From positions 288,001-352,000 of the forward strand of contig CAWJTV010000011.1 in assembly GCA_963845755.1 (NCBI GenBank): DNA of 64,000 nucleotides, written 5' to 3'. Position numbers and translations under genes: made by a program. The first letter of the stretch is position 1, and every line of letters begins with the position of its first letter. Below the pieces are notes generated by a model. The model searched no databases and had not been told where the DNA came from. It saw only the letters and a program-made list of their open reading frames with translations. Of the stretch, positions 1 to 12,901 are shown piece after piece. Origin of the DNA: an uncultured Planctomycetota bacterium (GTDB lineage Bacteria > Planctomycetota > Planctomycetia > Isosphaerales > Isosphaeraceae).

Positions 1-3000
1 GCGGCCAGGCTGCACCACACCAACATCGTGCCCGTCTTCGGCGTGGGCCGGCAGGACGGCCACCATTATTTCGTGATGCAGTTCATCGCGGGCGTGGGAC
101 TCGACGTGGTCCTGGATGACCTGCGGCGGCTGCGCCAGGCGAAGTCGGAGGCAGGGCCGGCCGCGGGGCTCGTCGCGGCATCGAGCCGCATCGCCGGCCT
201 GTCGGCGGCGGACGTGGCCCGCTCGCTGCTCACCGGCCGGTTCGAGGCCGATGCCGACCTCGTGGATGGGTCCATGACCGAGCCCTTCGACGACGCGGCT
301 CCCGGCCCAACCACCGCAGTCAACGGCCCCCCGACCGACTCCTCCCCGGCGATCCTGCCCGGCTCCTCCGAGCTGTCGGCCTCGTCGGATCCCGACCGGC
401 AGTTCTACCGCTCGATCGCCCGGATCGGCGTCCAGGTGGCCGAGGCGCTGGAGTACGCCAACCGCCAGGGCATCCTCCACCGCGACGTCAAGCCGTCGAA
501 CCTGCTGCTGGACAACCACGGCAACGTGTGGGTGGCCGACTTCGGTCTGGCCAAGACGGCCGAGGCCGACGACCTGACCCATACCGGCGACATCCTGGGC
601 ACCATTCGCTACATGGCACCGGAGCGGTTCTCGGGCCATTGCGATGCGCGGAGGGACGTCTACAGCCTGGGCCTGACGCTGTACGAGCTGGTGGCGTTGC
701 GGCCGGCGTATGAGGCGACCGACCGGCATCGGCTGATGGATCGGGTTCTGCACGAGGAGCCGGAGCGGCTGGAAGAAGCTGGCTCCGAGCGTGCCGCGGG
801 ACCTGGAGACGATCGTCGCCAAGGCGACGGCGCGCGACCCGGCGGCGCGGTACGCGACGGCAGCCGCGCTGGCGGAGGACCTGCGGCGGTTCGTCGAGGA
901 CCGGCCGATCCGGGCGCGGCGGACCTCGCCGGCGGAGCGGCTGGCGCGGTGGTGCCGGCGGAACAAGGGGCTGGCGGCGGCGATCGGCCTGGCGGCGGTG
1001 GCGCTGGTGGCCGCGGTCGTCTTGTCGCTGCCTACGCCGAGCAGCAGCCCGGGACTCGCGGCTGCCCGGAAGCTCGACGCCGCCGAACAAGCCCACGCGC
1101 CGACGACAGGCTGCGGCGGCGGCGAGCACAAGGCCGCCCTGTCCGAGTCGAACCGCCGGCTGGCGATGCTCGACCTGGAGCGAGGCCGGGTCGCCTTCGA
1201 GAAGGGGCAGGTCGGCGTCGGGATGCTCTGGACTTTCGAGTCGCTGCGGATGGCGACCATGGCGGGCGACGAGGCCGGCCGGCATGTGGCCCTGGCCAAC
1301 CTGTCGGCCTGGCGCCGCCACCTCGTCGAGCCGAAGGCTGTTTTCCCCCTGGCGATGTGGTGGGCTCGGTCGCCTTCAGCCCCGACGGCAAGATCTTCGT
1401 GACGGGATGCCGATGGCAACACGGCGCGGCTCTGGGACGTCGCCATCGGCCGGCCCATCGGCAAGCCCTTGCTGCAGCCGGTGCAGTCCGTCGATAGCGT
1501 TCAGTCCCGACGGCCGGATCCTCCTCACGGGATGCGCCGAGGGCCACCTGGCGCAGCTCTGGGACGTCGCCACGGGCAAGCCCATCGGCCCGCCCCTGGT
1601 GCATTCGGGCCCGGTGACCTCGGTGGCGTTCAGCCCGGATGGCAAGACCATCCTCATCGGGGGGACAGCCAGTGACAACCTGTCCGTGGAAGCCACCCTC
1701 CCCGGGGGATCCGAGGACGGCGCGGCTCTGGGACGTCGCCACGGGCAAGCCAATCGACCCGCCCTTGCTGCATCCGGGCCCGGTGATGTCGGTGGCGTTC
1801 AGCCCCAACGGCAAGACGATCCTCACGGGAAGTACTGACACTACGGCGCGGCAGTGGACGCCCATACCGGTCGGCCTATCGGCCAACCTCTGGCGCATTC
1901 GGGCACCGTGACGGCCGTGACTTTCAGTCCGGATGGTCGGACCATCCTCACCGGGAGCTCCGACAAGACGGCACGGCTCTGGGACGCCGCCACCAGCCGG
2001 CCCATCGGCCAGCCTCTGGCCCATTCGGCCAGGTTGTGCTCCGTGGCCTTGAGCCCAGACGGCAAGACCATCCTCACCGGGGGCTTTGATGGCTCGGCCC
2101 AATTGTGGGACGCCGCCACAGGTCGCCGATGGGCAGGCCACTGGACCATCCAGGCATCGTCTGGGCTGTGGCGTTCAGCCCCGACGGCAAGACGATCCTC
2201 ACCGGCAGCACGGACTGGGCAGCGCGACTCTGGGATGGCGGGATCGGTCAGCTCGTCGGCCAGCCGCTGGACTATGGAGCTCGGTGGTGGACGTGGCATT
2301 TAGCCCCGACGGCAAGACCCTCGTCGTCGCGAGCGGTGACGGTAAAGTACGACTCCGTGACGTCGCGTCAGGCCAGCTTCGCGGCCAGACCGTGGAGCAG
2401 GGGTCCCCGATCATTCACGTGGCATTGAGCCCGGATGGCCGCACAATCCTCACATCGGGTTTCGACAAGACGGCGCGGCTCTGGGACGCCGATACCGGCC
2501 GGCCTGTCGGCCAGCCCATGCTGCATCCGGGCGGGGTGCGGGGGGTGGCGTTCAGCCCGGATGGCAAGACCATCCTCACCGGGAGCTCTTACCAGACGGC
2601 GCGGGTCTGGGACGCCCACACCGGGCGGCCGATCAGCCTGCACTTGGAGCAGGCGGAGCCCATGCCCAGCGTGGCGTTCAGCCCGGATGGCAAGACCATC
2701 CTCACCGGGGGGATCGACAGGACGGCGCGGCTCTGGGACGTCGCCACGGGCAAGCCCATCGGCCCGCCCCTGGTGCATTGGGCCCCGGTGGCGTCGGTGG
2801 CGTTGAGCCCTGACGGCCAGACTGTCCTCACCGGTAGCTCGGACAGGACGGCGCGACTCTGGGACGCCCAGACCGGCCGGCCCATCGGCCAACCCCTGGA
2901 ACATCCGGATATGGTGGGGTCGGTGGCGTTCAGCCCCGACGGCAAGACCATCCTCACCGGCTGTGCGGACCTTGCGGCCCGGTTATGGGATACCGTCACC

Positions 3001-4494
3001 GGCCGGCCCATCGGCCGGCCCATGCCGCATGCTTCATCACGACCCAGACGGAATTGCGCGGCATTCAGCCCCGATGGGCGGTTCGTGCTCACGAATGATC
3101 TCAGAACGGTGCGGCTGTGGGATGTCCCGGCGCCGCTGCCCGAGGACCTCCCACGGCTGGCGGCCTGGGTCGAGACTGCCACCGGCCTGCAGCTGGATGA
3201 GCGCGGCTCGATCCACGTGCTCGATCGCGCCGTCTGGCTGGAACGCCGGAGCCGGCTGGAGCAGCTCGGCGGCCCGCCGCCGCCCGATCCGGCCTCGCGG
3301 CTGGACCCGATCCTCTTCGGAGCGGATCCGGCGGCGCGGGGCGACGCCTGGAAGCAGCGGGGCCACTGGGACCGCGCCGAGGAAGCCTACGCCGAGGCGA
3401 TCCGCGCCCGGCCGCTGGAACGATCGGCTTGGGATGCCCTGGCCCGCCTGCACGCCGAGCGCGGCCAGCTCGACCGGGCCGCGGCGACACTCGCCGACGC
3501 CGTCCGGCGGATGCCCGAGGACACGGGCCTCCGCCGTCGATGGGGACTGGCCCTGCTGGAGTCGGGCGATCGGTCCGGCTGGCAGGTGACCGCCGCGCTG
3601 CTGGATCGTTTGGGCAGCACGATCAACCCCCGGACGGCAAGCGATGTGGCCTGGGTCTGCGCCTTGGGGCCCGACGCGACCGGCGATCCCGGCCGGCCTC
3701 TCCGGCTGGCCGAGGCCGCCGTCGAAGGCGCCGAGGAACGCTTCAAGGCCGACGCCTTGAGGACGCTCGGCGCCGCACTGTACCGCGCCGGCCGGTACGA
3801 CGAGGCGATCCGACGGCTCGAGGAAGGCAACCGACTCCCGGGCGGTGAGGGTCTGCCTTCGGCCTGGCCGTTCCTGGCGATGGCCCACCACCGCCTGGGT
3901 CACCGCGATGAGGCACACCGATGGCTCGACCGCCTGCGCGAGCATCAGCCTAGCCTGGATTCCCATGGAGGCAAAAACGGGGTAGGCTACGACGCAATCC
4001 ATAAAACGAAGCAAAATTCGTCGAAGTGGGTTTTCCCCTGGATTTCAAGTGGTTCTGGCTTGAAACGGCTCATCGAAACGCCTCTCTCGATGTTAGGTGA
4101 TCCGTAAACTGAAAAAAGAGCATCCACGGTGTCAACTCAATGCATCCACTGTGGTGAATTCGATAGATTTGTCGCAAGAACCCCTTGTTTTCCAGGAGGA
4201 AGTGAGATTCGATCGACGAACATATCATCCATGGTGATCAAGTTAACATAGTGGGAGACCCACCTTTAACTCTTGGAGGAGCATAACCAGTTCCGAGGCG
4301 AAAAGCTGAGTATCGCGGGCTTTTTTCCAATCATGCGGCAACAAATGTTAGCCCAATCTGCCTCCATGGGAATCCAGGCTAGCAACGACCCGTCGCAATT
4401 CTGGGACGAACTGGAGATCCGTCTGCTGGGCAGCGAGGCTGAGGGCGTAGTCTGTTATGATCCCGCGTTCCCGGACGACCCGTTCGCGCGTTGA
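1..4494 (+). CDS. Membrane Ser/Thr kinase with WD40 repeats and C-terminal TPRs (copy 1); 5'-truncated by the window, frameshifted, interrupted by a MITE at 3954-4378
   Basis: HRDVKPSN, DFG and YMAPE motifs; hydrophobic segment KGLAAAIGLAAVALVAAVV; many VAFSPDGKTILTG...ARLWD repeats; TPR region; C-terminus PAFPDDPFAR* matches copy 3. Confidence 0.9.
3954..4378. mobile_element. Non-autonomous IS-derived element (MITE), 425 bp, 20-bp perfect terminal inverted repeats, CTAG target-site duplication
   Basis: CCTGGATTCCCATGGAGGCA (3954-3973) and TGCCTCCATGGGAATCCAGG (4359-4378); CTAG at 3950-3953 and 4379-4382; AT-rich interior; removal restores EHQPSNDPSQFWDELEIRLL. Confidence 0.92.
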
Positions 4495-4591
4495 CCGGCG
4501 GGCGATGTCGAGTGGGGTTCCCGGCTCCGCCCTCCGCCGGACTGAAGGTCTCCAGAGACGTAGGATCCATCGAAGGACCAGGAGCCGACCC

Positions 4592-7500
4592 ATGAACACC
4601 TCCAGCGACGCAGCGCAACCCCGTCGAGCTCCTGGCCGAGGAGTTCCTCGACCGCAAGCGCCGCGGCGAGCAGCCCACGCTCCGCGAGTACCTCGACGCC
4701 ATCCCGACCTGGCCGACGAGATCCGCGACCTGTTCCCGGCGCTCCTCATGATGGAGGACCTCGGCGAGAGCTCCGGCGCCACCACCGGCTCGCTGGCCGC
4801 CGACGGCGCCGCGGTAGGGGTGCGGCTCCAGCGGCTGGGCGATTACCGCATCCTCCGCGAGATCGGCCGGGGCGGCATGGGCGTGGTCTACGAGGCCGAG
4901 CAGGAGTCGCTGGGCCGACGCGTGGCCTTGAAGGTCCTCTCGGCCGGCTCGCTGCTGGACCCGAAGCAAGTCCGGCGGTTCGAGCGCGAGGCCAAGGCCG
5001 CGGCGCGGCTGCACCACACCAACATCGTGCCGGTCTTCGGCGTGGGCCGGCAGGACGGGCACCATTATTTCGTGATGCAGTTCATCGCGGGCGTGGGGCT
5101 CGACGTGGTCCTGGACGACCTGCGGCGGCTCACGGGCGAAGTCCGAGGCGAGTCCGGCCGCGATGCCCGCGCCGGCGGCGAGCCGGATCGCCGGCCTGAC
5201 GGCCGCCGAGGTGGCCCGGTCGCTGATCGCCGGCCGGTTCGACGGCCGATGGGCCGCCGCTGGACGGGTCCGTGACCGAGCCTTCGAGGACGCCGACCCC
5301 GCCCAACCACCGCCGCCAACGGCCCCCCGGCCGACTCCTCCCCGGCGATCCTGCCCGGCTCCTCCGAGCTGTCGGCGTCGTCGGATCCCGACCGCCAGTT
5401 CTACCGCTCGATCGCCCGCATCGGCATCCAGGTCGCCGAGGCCCTAGAGTACGCCAACCGCCAGGGCATCCTCCACCGCGACGTCAAGCCCTCCAACCTC
5501 CTGCTGGACAACCACGGCAACGTCTGGGTGGCCGACTTCGGTCTGGCCAAGACCGCCGAGGCCGACGACCTGACGCATACCGGCGACATCCTGGGCACCA
5601 TCCGCTACATGGCCCCCGAGCGGTTCTCGGGCCATTGCGACGCGCGGTCTGACGTCTACAGCCTGGGCTTGACGCTCTACGAGCTGGTGGCGTTGCGGCC
5701 GGCGTATCGAGGCATCCGACCGCCATACGCTCATGGACCGCGTGCTGCACGAGGAGCCGGAGCGGTTGAAGAGGCTGGCTCCGGGGGTGCCGCGGGACCT
5801 GGAGACGATCATCGCCAAGGCGACGGCGCGGGACCCGGCGGCGCGGTACGCGACGGCGGCGGCACTGGCGGAGGACCTGCGGCGGTTCGTGGAGGACCGT
5901 CCGATCCGGGCGCGGCGGGTGTCGCTGGCGGAGCGGGCGTGGCGGTGGTCGCGGCGGAACAAGGCTCTGGCGGGACTGATGGCGGTCGTGGCCGCTTTGT
6001 TGATCGTCGTAGCCGTTGGCTCGATGCTTTCCGCTCTTCAATTCCGGGGGATGAATCGGAACCTAGAGGGAATGAACCGGACCTTGGAATCGAACCTCTA
6101 CTTCAGCAATGTCGCCCTGTGGCACCCCAGGAGTGCATCGCGGACAACCCGGGGCCTCAGCCGAGCCATTGCTCTACGGCTGCCCGACCCACCTGCGCGG
6201 TTGGGAGTGGCATTACTTGAAGCGCCAGAGTTCTACAGCCCTGCTGACAATCCCCGCGCACGACTCACATACCTTCAGCGTGGCGTACAGTCCGGACGGT
6301 AAGACACTGGCCACCGCGAGCGAGGACGGGACCGTCCGGACCTTCGACGCGGCGAGCGGCCGTCGGCTCCGCACGCTCCTTGCTCACTATCCGAACATCT
6401 GCTGGCGGGCGACTTATACCGCCGATGGGACAATGCTCGTCTCGGCCGGCCGCGACAAGACCGTAAAGATCTGGGATCCAGCGACCGGCGACTTGATTCG
6501 TGTTCTCGGCGGGCACCTGGATACGGTCTGGAGCGGCGAATTCAGTGCCGACGGCAGTCTCCTGACCTCGTCCACTCCCGGGCTCGTTCGAGTGTGGGAT
6601 ACGAAAACGTGGAGCGAGATCCGCAAGCTACCGGGCGGATGGTTCACGAGGTTCAGTCCCGATGGCTCTATGCTCGCATCGTCGGGCCTCGGCCCGGCTC
6701 GAGTTTGGATGACATCCAGCTTGCGCGACGAAGTGGACCCCCATCCGCGGACCTTCGGTGCAAAGGAGGACAACTCGCGGGTCGCCTTCAGCCCGGATAG
6801 TCGATCGATCGCCTTCGGTGCCAGGGACAACTCCGTGATGATCGTGGACCTGAAGAGCGGCCTGCCTGCCTTCAAGCCTCTGGTCGGACACACGAACTAC
6901 GTCTGGGAGCTGTGTTACAGCCACGACGGTTCCTATCTCGCATCGACCAGCGCCACCGGACCGTGAAGGTCTGGGATGCGAAGACGGGTCGCTTGCTCCA
7001 TACGTATCTGGGACATACGAATCGCACCACCGGTCTGTCTTTCGCCCCCGACTCGCGCCGGCTAGCCTCAGCCAGCGTGGACGGAACCGTGAAGATCTGG
7101 GACCTGGCCGATCTGCGAGAACCGGCGGTCCAGGCTGCGCGCACTCTCCCCCGCCACCCCGGCTCCGCACTCAGCGTGACGCATCGCCCATCCGGCCGAT
7201 TCTTCGCCACCGCCCACGGGTTCGATATCAATCACACCGCCACAGTGGGTCGGCGACAAGAACCGCCCCGGATTGAGTCGGTGACAATCTGGGATGCGAA
7301 GTCCAACAATGAGGTCCACACCCTCACCGTCCCTGATCCCGCGGCGGGTGCCTGCCACGATGTCGCCTTCGACAAGGACTTCGGGCGTATCGCGTGGGCC
7401 AGGGGCAACGGGACGATTGAGATCCGGGACGCGGCGACCGGCCGGCTGATCCACGTCCTGACGGGCCACAATGAGTGTGCCTGGCGGGTGGCCTTCAGCC

Positions 7501-8093
7501 CCGATGGGCGGTTGCTAGCCTCGGCGGGCCGCGACGCGACCGTGCGGGTCTGGGACACGGCGACCGGGCGACCCTTGTATACTCTGCCCGGAGTTAGCGA
7601 CCTGATCGTGGGTCTTGGGTTCAGTCCCGACGGCCGGCGGCTCGCCCTGGCGGGAGCGGACTTCGATCTGCTCAAACCCTCTCAATTGCGGGTCTGGGAT
7701 GTGGCGACCGGCCGGCCGCTCGGCGTACTCGGCGAGTCCTTCGACTACGCCACCATGGCGTTCCACTCCGGCGAGCCACGGCTCGCCCGATCGGTCGGCG
7801 CGGAAATCTTCGTTCTGGACGTGATGACCGGCGGAGAGTTACTCCGCCTTCGTGGGCATACCGAAGCCATCACAAGCATGGCCTACAGCCCCGACGGCCG
7901 CCGTCTCGCCTCAGTCGCGCATGACGGGACCGTCAAGCTCTGGGACTCGGCGACTGGCCGGGAAATCCTCACATTGCTCCACGGCCGCAGCGAATTGATG
8001 ACGGGCGTGAGCTTCAGCCCCGACGGCCGGCAGATCGTCACGACCAGCGAGAGCGGGACCATCAAGGTCTGGGATGCGACACCGTTACCGTGA
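4592..8093 (+). CDS. Membrane Ser/Thr kinase with WD40 repeats (copy 2; frameshifted)
   Basis: GGAG RBS before ATG 4592; YRILREIGRGGMGVVYEAEQ, VALK, HRDVKPSN, DFG, APE; TM segment; LRGWEWHYL linker; GH...WD repeats ending IKVWDATPLP*. Confidence 0.9.
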
Positions 8094-8168
8094 GCATCAA
8101 GAGCGGCGAAGACCAACGACGGCCGAGCGAATGGAGTGACAGGGTCCGCAACCGGGGAGCACAAAGCG

Positions 8169-11100
8169 ATGGCTACCTCCAGCGATGAGCGCAACCCCGT
8201 CGAGCTGTTAGCCGAGGAGTTCCTCGACCGCAAGCGCCGCGGCGAGCAGCCGACGTTGCGCGAATACCTCGGCCGCCATCCCGACCTGGCCGATGAGATC
8301 CGCGACCTGTTCCCGGCCCTGCTCATGATGGAGGACCTGGGTGAGAGTTCCGGCGATACCTCGGGGTCGTTGGCCGCCGATCACGGCGCGGCGGTGGGTT
8401 TCCGCCTGCGGCGGGTGGGCGACTACCGAATCTTGCGCGAGATTGGCCGAGGGGGCATGGGCGTCGTTTATGAGGCGGAGCAGGAGTCGCTGGGCCGCCG
8501 CGTCGCCTTGAAGGTCCTCTCGGCCGGCTCGCTGCCCGACCCCAAGCATCTGCGGCGGTTCGAGCGCGAGGCCAGGGCCGCGGCGCGGCTGCACCACACC
8601 AACATCGTCCCGGTCTTCGGCGTCGGCCAGCAGGACGGCAACCATTACCTCGTGATGCAGTTCATCGCGGGCATGGGGCTCGACCTGGTTCTCGAGGACC
8701 TGCGTCAGCTCCGGCGGGCGAAGGCCGACGCGGGCCAGGCCTCGGGGTCCGCGCCGCCGGTGTACGACCCGGCCGGGCCGACGGCCGACGTGATCGCTCG
8801 CTCGCTGATGACCGGCCGGTTCGCCGCGGCCAGCACGGTCACCGTGCGCCTCGGAGAGTCGCCCCCGGACGTCTCTCTGCTGCTCCCCAGAGACGGGCCC
8901 GGGGCCGACGCCGGCTCCCGTCCGGCGCCCTGACCGGCGCCTCCGACCTTTCGGCCCTGGCTGACTCTGACCGGCGGTACTATCAGAGCGTGGCCCGGAT
9001 CGGCGTGCAGGTCGCCGAGGCCCTCGAGTATGCCAACCGCCAGGGCGTCCTCCATCGCGACGTCAAGCCGTCGAATCTCCTGCTGGATAGCCGCGGCAAC
9101 GTCTGGGTCGCCGACTTCGGGCTGGCCAAGACGGCTGAGGCCGATGACCTGACTCACACAGGCGACATCCTGGGCACCATCCGCTATATGGCCCCCGAGC
9201 GGTTCTCGGGCCATTGCGACGCGCGGTCGGATGTATACAGCCTGGGCCTGACACTCTATGAGCTGGTGGCACTGCGGCCGGCGTTCCAGGCGACCGACCG
9301 GCACGCGCTGATCGACCGGGTGCGGCACGGCGAGCCGGATCGGCTCAAGAAGGTGGTGCCGGGCGTGCCGCGGGACCTGGAGACGATCATCGCCAAGGCG
9401 ATCGCCCGCGACCCGTCGGCACGGTATGCGACCGCCGGCGCGCTCGCGGAGGACTTGCAGCGGTTCGTGGAGGACCGGCCGATCCGGGCGCGGCGGGTGT
9501 CGGCGTCCGAGCGGCTGGTCCGATGGTGTCGGCGCAACCCCTGGATCGCCGGGTCAATCGGCGTGGCGGCGTCCGCGACGGTCGGCTTGTTCGTGCTGGC
9601 GCTGGTGTACGCCGCGGATCGAGATCGTTTCGCCAAGCAACAGACCATTCGCGTCGCCGAGCAGACGAAGGCGACCAACGAGATCACGCGGTTAGCCGGC
9701 GCCCTCGAGCGGCGCGGCAAGGCCCTCGAGTCGTCCCTGGCCGAGTCGACCCGCCGACTGGCGATGCTCGACTTCGAGCACGGGCGAATCGCCTGCGAGC
9801 AGGGGCAGATCGGACCTGGGTTGGTCTGGATGATCGAGAGCCTGCGCACCGCCACCGACGCGGGCGATCCGGCCTGGAGGCATGCCGCCCTGGCCAGCCT
9901 CTCCGATTGGCGGCGATACCACACCGACCTGAAGGGCATCTTCACTCATCAGGGCGCCGTCGCCGCCGTCGCGATGAGCCCTGACGGCGCGATGGTCCTC
10001 ACCGGGAGCTACGACAAGACGGCGCAGCTCTGGAATGCCGCGACCGGCCAACCCATCGGAAGGCCGCTCTCGCACGAGAGGCGGATCGTGGCCGTGGCCT
10101 TCAGCCCGGACGGCAAGACCGTCGCCACCGGGAGCTACGACAAGACGGCGCGGCTCTGGGACGCCAGCACCGGCCAGCCCATCGGAGAGCCGCTCCCGCA
10201 TCACGCCGAGGTCCTGGCCCTGGCCTTCAGCCCCGATGGCAAGGCCATCCTCAGCGGCTGCTGGGATCAGACGGCGCGGCTCTGGGACGTCGACACCGGC
10301 CAACCCACCGGAAAGCCGCTCTCACATCAGAGCGGGGTCGCCGCCGTGGCGTTCAGCCCCGACGGCAAATCCATCGTCACCGGCTGTCAAGACCGGACGG
10401 CGCGGCTCTGGGACGCCGGCACCGGTCAGCCTGTCGCCAAGCCCATGGAGCATCCTGACGCGGTCGTGGCCGTGGCCTTCAGCCCCGATGGCAAGACGAT
10501 CCTCACCGGCTGCCGTGACGGCAAGGCGCGGCTCTGGGACGCCGACACCGGACGACTGTTCGGCCAACCCATGGAGCATTCGGGCTGGGTCCTCAGCGTG
10601 GCGTTCAGCCCGGATGGCAAGACCGCCGTCACCGGGAGCTCGGACCGGACGGCGCGGCTCTGGGACGCCGACACGGGACGACCCATCGGCCATCCCCTGC
10701 CGCAATCGGGCGAGGTCGTGGTCGTGGAGTTCAGCCCGGATGGCAAGACCGTCATCACCGTGGATCAGGTGGGGATGACACGGTTGTGGGACCCCGCCAC
10801 GGGCCGCCCCGTCGGATCGTCCTCCGCGGGTTCGGAGGAGGCCGCTACCGTGACGCTCAGTCCCGACCATAGGACCCTCCTCATCGTCAGCGAGGACGGA
10901 ACGTTACGGCGCTGGGACGCCGCTACGGGCCGACCCGTCGGATCGCCCCTACCTTACCACGGTGTGGTCATGGATGTGGCGTTAAGCTTCGACGGCAAAC
11001 GGATACTCACCGGAGGCTATGACAAGACGGCGCGGCTGTGGGACGCTGCTACTGGCCGACCCCTCGGCCCGCAACTCCGGCATTCTGCCGCGGTCGAATC

Positions 11101-12227
11101 GGTGGCCTTCAGCCCCGATGACAAGACGATCCTCACCGGCAGCCAGGATGGTACGGCGCGGTTGTGGGACGCCGCGACCGGCCAGCCGATCGCCAGGCCC
11201 CTGGAGCATCGCGACATGGTCGTTAGCGTGGCGTTCAGCCCCGACGGCCAGACCATCCTCACCTCTGACAAGAGCATCCTCGCCAGCAACCCGAGAGGGA
11301 CGGTACGACTGTGGGAAACCCCGAAGCCAGTCCCCGACGATCTCCCGCGCCTCACCGCCTGGGTGACCACTTCCACCGGCCTGGAGTTGGATGAGCAAGG
11401 GGCGATCCGGGTCCTCGACGGTGACACCTGGTGGCGGCGCCGCGTCCAACTTCGTGAACTGGGCGGCCCGCCCGCAGCCGGTCCCGCGCAGTCGCTCGAC
11501 CCGATCCTCCTCGGTCTCGACCCGACGGCCCGGGCCCGCGCCTGGAATCCAGCGCAACCGCTGGGCGGAGGCCGAAGCCGCCCTCGACGAGGCCGTTGCC
11601 GCGCGACCACTGAACCGCGACGTTCGGACCGAGCGCGGTCGGTTCTACCTGGCCCGTGCACAGCCGGAAAAGGCCGCCTCCAACTTCGCCGAGGCTGTCT
11701 TGCTCGATCCGGCCGACCTCGCCGCCCGACATGACCTGATCCTGGCGCTGTTGGCCGCCGGCGATCGCGACGGAGTGCGGCGGGCAGCCGCCGACCTGCT
11801 CGACCGGTTCGGCACGACGGCCGATCCAGACGAGGCCAACAAGGTTGCCTGGTCCTACGTCCTGGCGCCCGACCCGGTCGCCGACTGTGAGGCCCTGGTG
11901 CGACTGGCCGAGAACACCTTGAAGACTCACGGTGCGGCCTTGTACCGGGCCGGTCGGTACGACGAGGCGATCCGACGGCTCGAGGAAGGCTTTCCGCTTC
12001 GGAACGGCACGAACGTGCCACAGGGCTGGGCGTTCCTCGCCATGGCTCATTGCCGGCTCGGTCACCAGACCGAGGCCCACCGCTGGCTCGACCGGCTGAA
12101 ACAGCATCAGCCCAGCACGGACCCGGCTCAATTCTGGAACGAGCTGGAGGTCCGCCTGCTGCGGAGCGAGGCCGAGGCTGTGGTCCTTCATGATCCCGCG
12201 TTCCCGAGCGATCCGTTCGCATCATGA
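8169..12227 (+). CDS. Membrane Ser/Thr kinase with WD40 repeats and TPRs (copy 3; frameshifted near 8930 and 11550)
   Basis: MATSSDERNPVELLAEEF start; full kinase motifs; TM WIAGSIGVAASATVGLFVLALVY; about 10-11 WD40 repeats; TPR tail ending PAFPSDPFAS*. Confidence 0.92.
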
Positions 12228-12288
12228 GCGGAAGGAATGAGTCCGATGGGGCATTCGATCCCATCCGGCCGAGGACCACGGCTCGGGG

Positions 12289-12726
12289 TCATTCGATCTC
12301 ATAGATCGCGCCGCTGGGGTCACGGGGCACCACGCGCTGGTTCTGGCAATCCACGAGCAGATCGAGGGCTTCGAGGACGATCGCGCCGATCAGGGCCGTG
12401 TCACGGTTTGGTTCGCTGATGGCCGAGAAAGTGTTATCGCGTCCCAGGAGTTTGAGGAAGACGCCCTTGGCCTCGCGGCGCTGGGCCTTGCGACCGTCGG
12501 CGTGGCGGACCTTGACCGGATTGCCCAGCGGCAGGCCCAGCCGCTTGACCACGGCCTGTGGCAACACCAGCATTGCCGCGCCGGAATCGACCACGCCCTT
12601 GATCGTCTCACGACGAACCTGGTCCGGCGGCAAGGTGCCGTCTTCAGCCCGAATCAAGTCGGCATAGTTGGCAACCTCGAACTCCACGCTGAATCGTCCC
12701 ACGCCGTTAGCTCCTCTGGCTCGCAT
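12289..12726 (-). CDS. Clan AA (retropepsin-like) aspartic protease
   Basis: VVDSGAAMLVLP active-site motif and ALIGAIVLEALDL motif. Confidence 0.82.
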   Translation of the reverse strand: MRARGANGVGRFSVEFEVANYADLIRAEDGTLPPDQVRRETIKGVVDSGAAMLVLPQAVVKRLGLPLGNPVKVRHADGRKAQRREAKGVFLKLLGRDNTFSAISEPNRDTALIGAIVLEALDLLVDCQNQRVVPRDPSGAIYEIE

Positions 12727-12901
12727 GGTCTTGCTCCCTTCGTTAGCACACAGCGTTCGCGCCCCGAGCGATTATACCAAGAAGCCGGGTTAGCCATCGG
12801 TTCATTGCATCGTGGCGGCTGATCCGATCTCGACGGTGGCGGCAGGCCCTTCGTCGTGCTCTAATGCCCAGAAATGCATCGCCGGGAAACCCTGACCCCA
12901 G

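Noticed and set aside
4273..4494. Independent 73-aa gene
   Set aside because: It is MITE interior fused to the severed C-terminus of kinase 1
1340..11330. Diversity-generating retroelement acting on WD40 repeats
   Set aside because: No reverse transcriptase seen and differences are not adenine-specific
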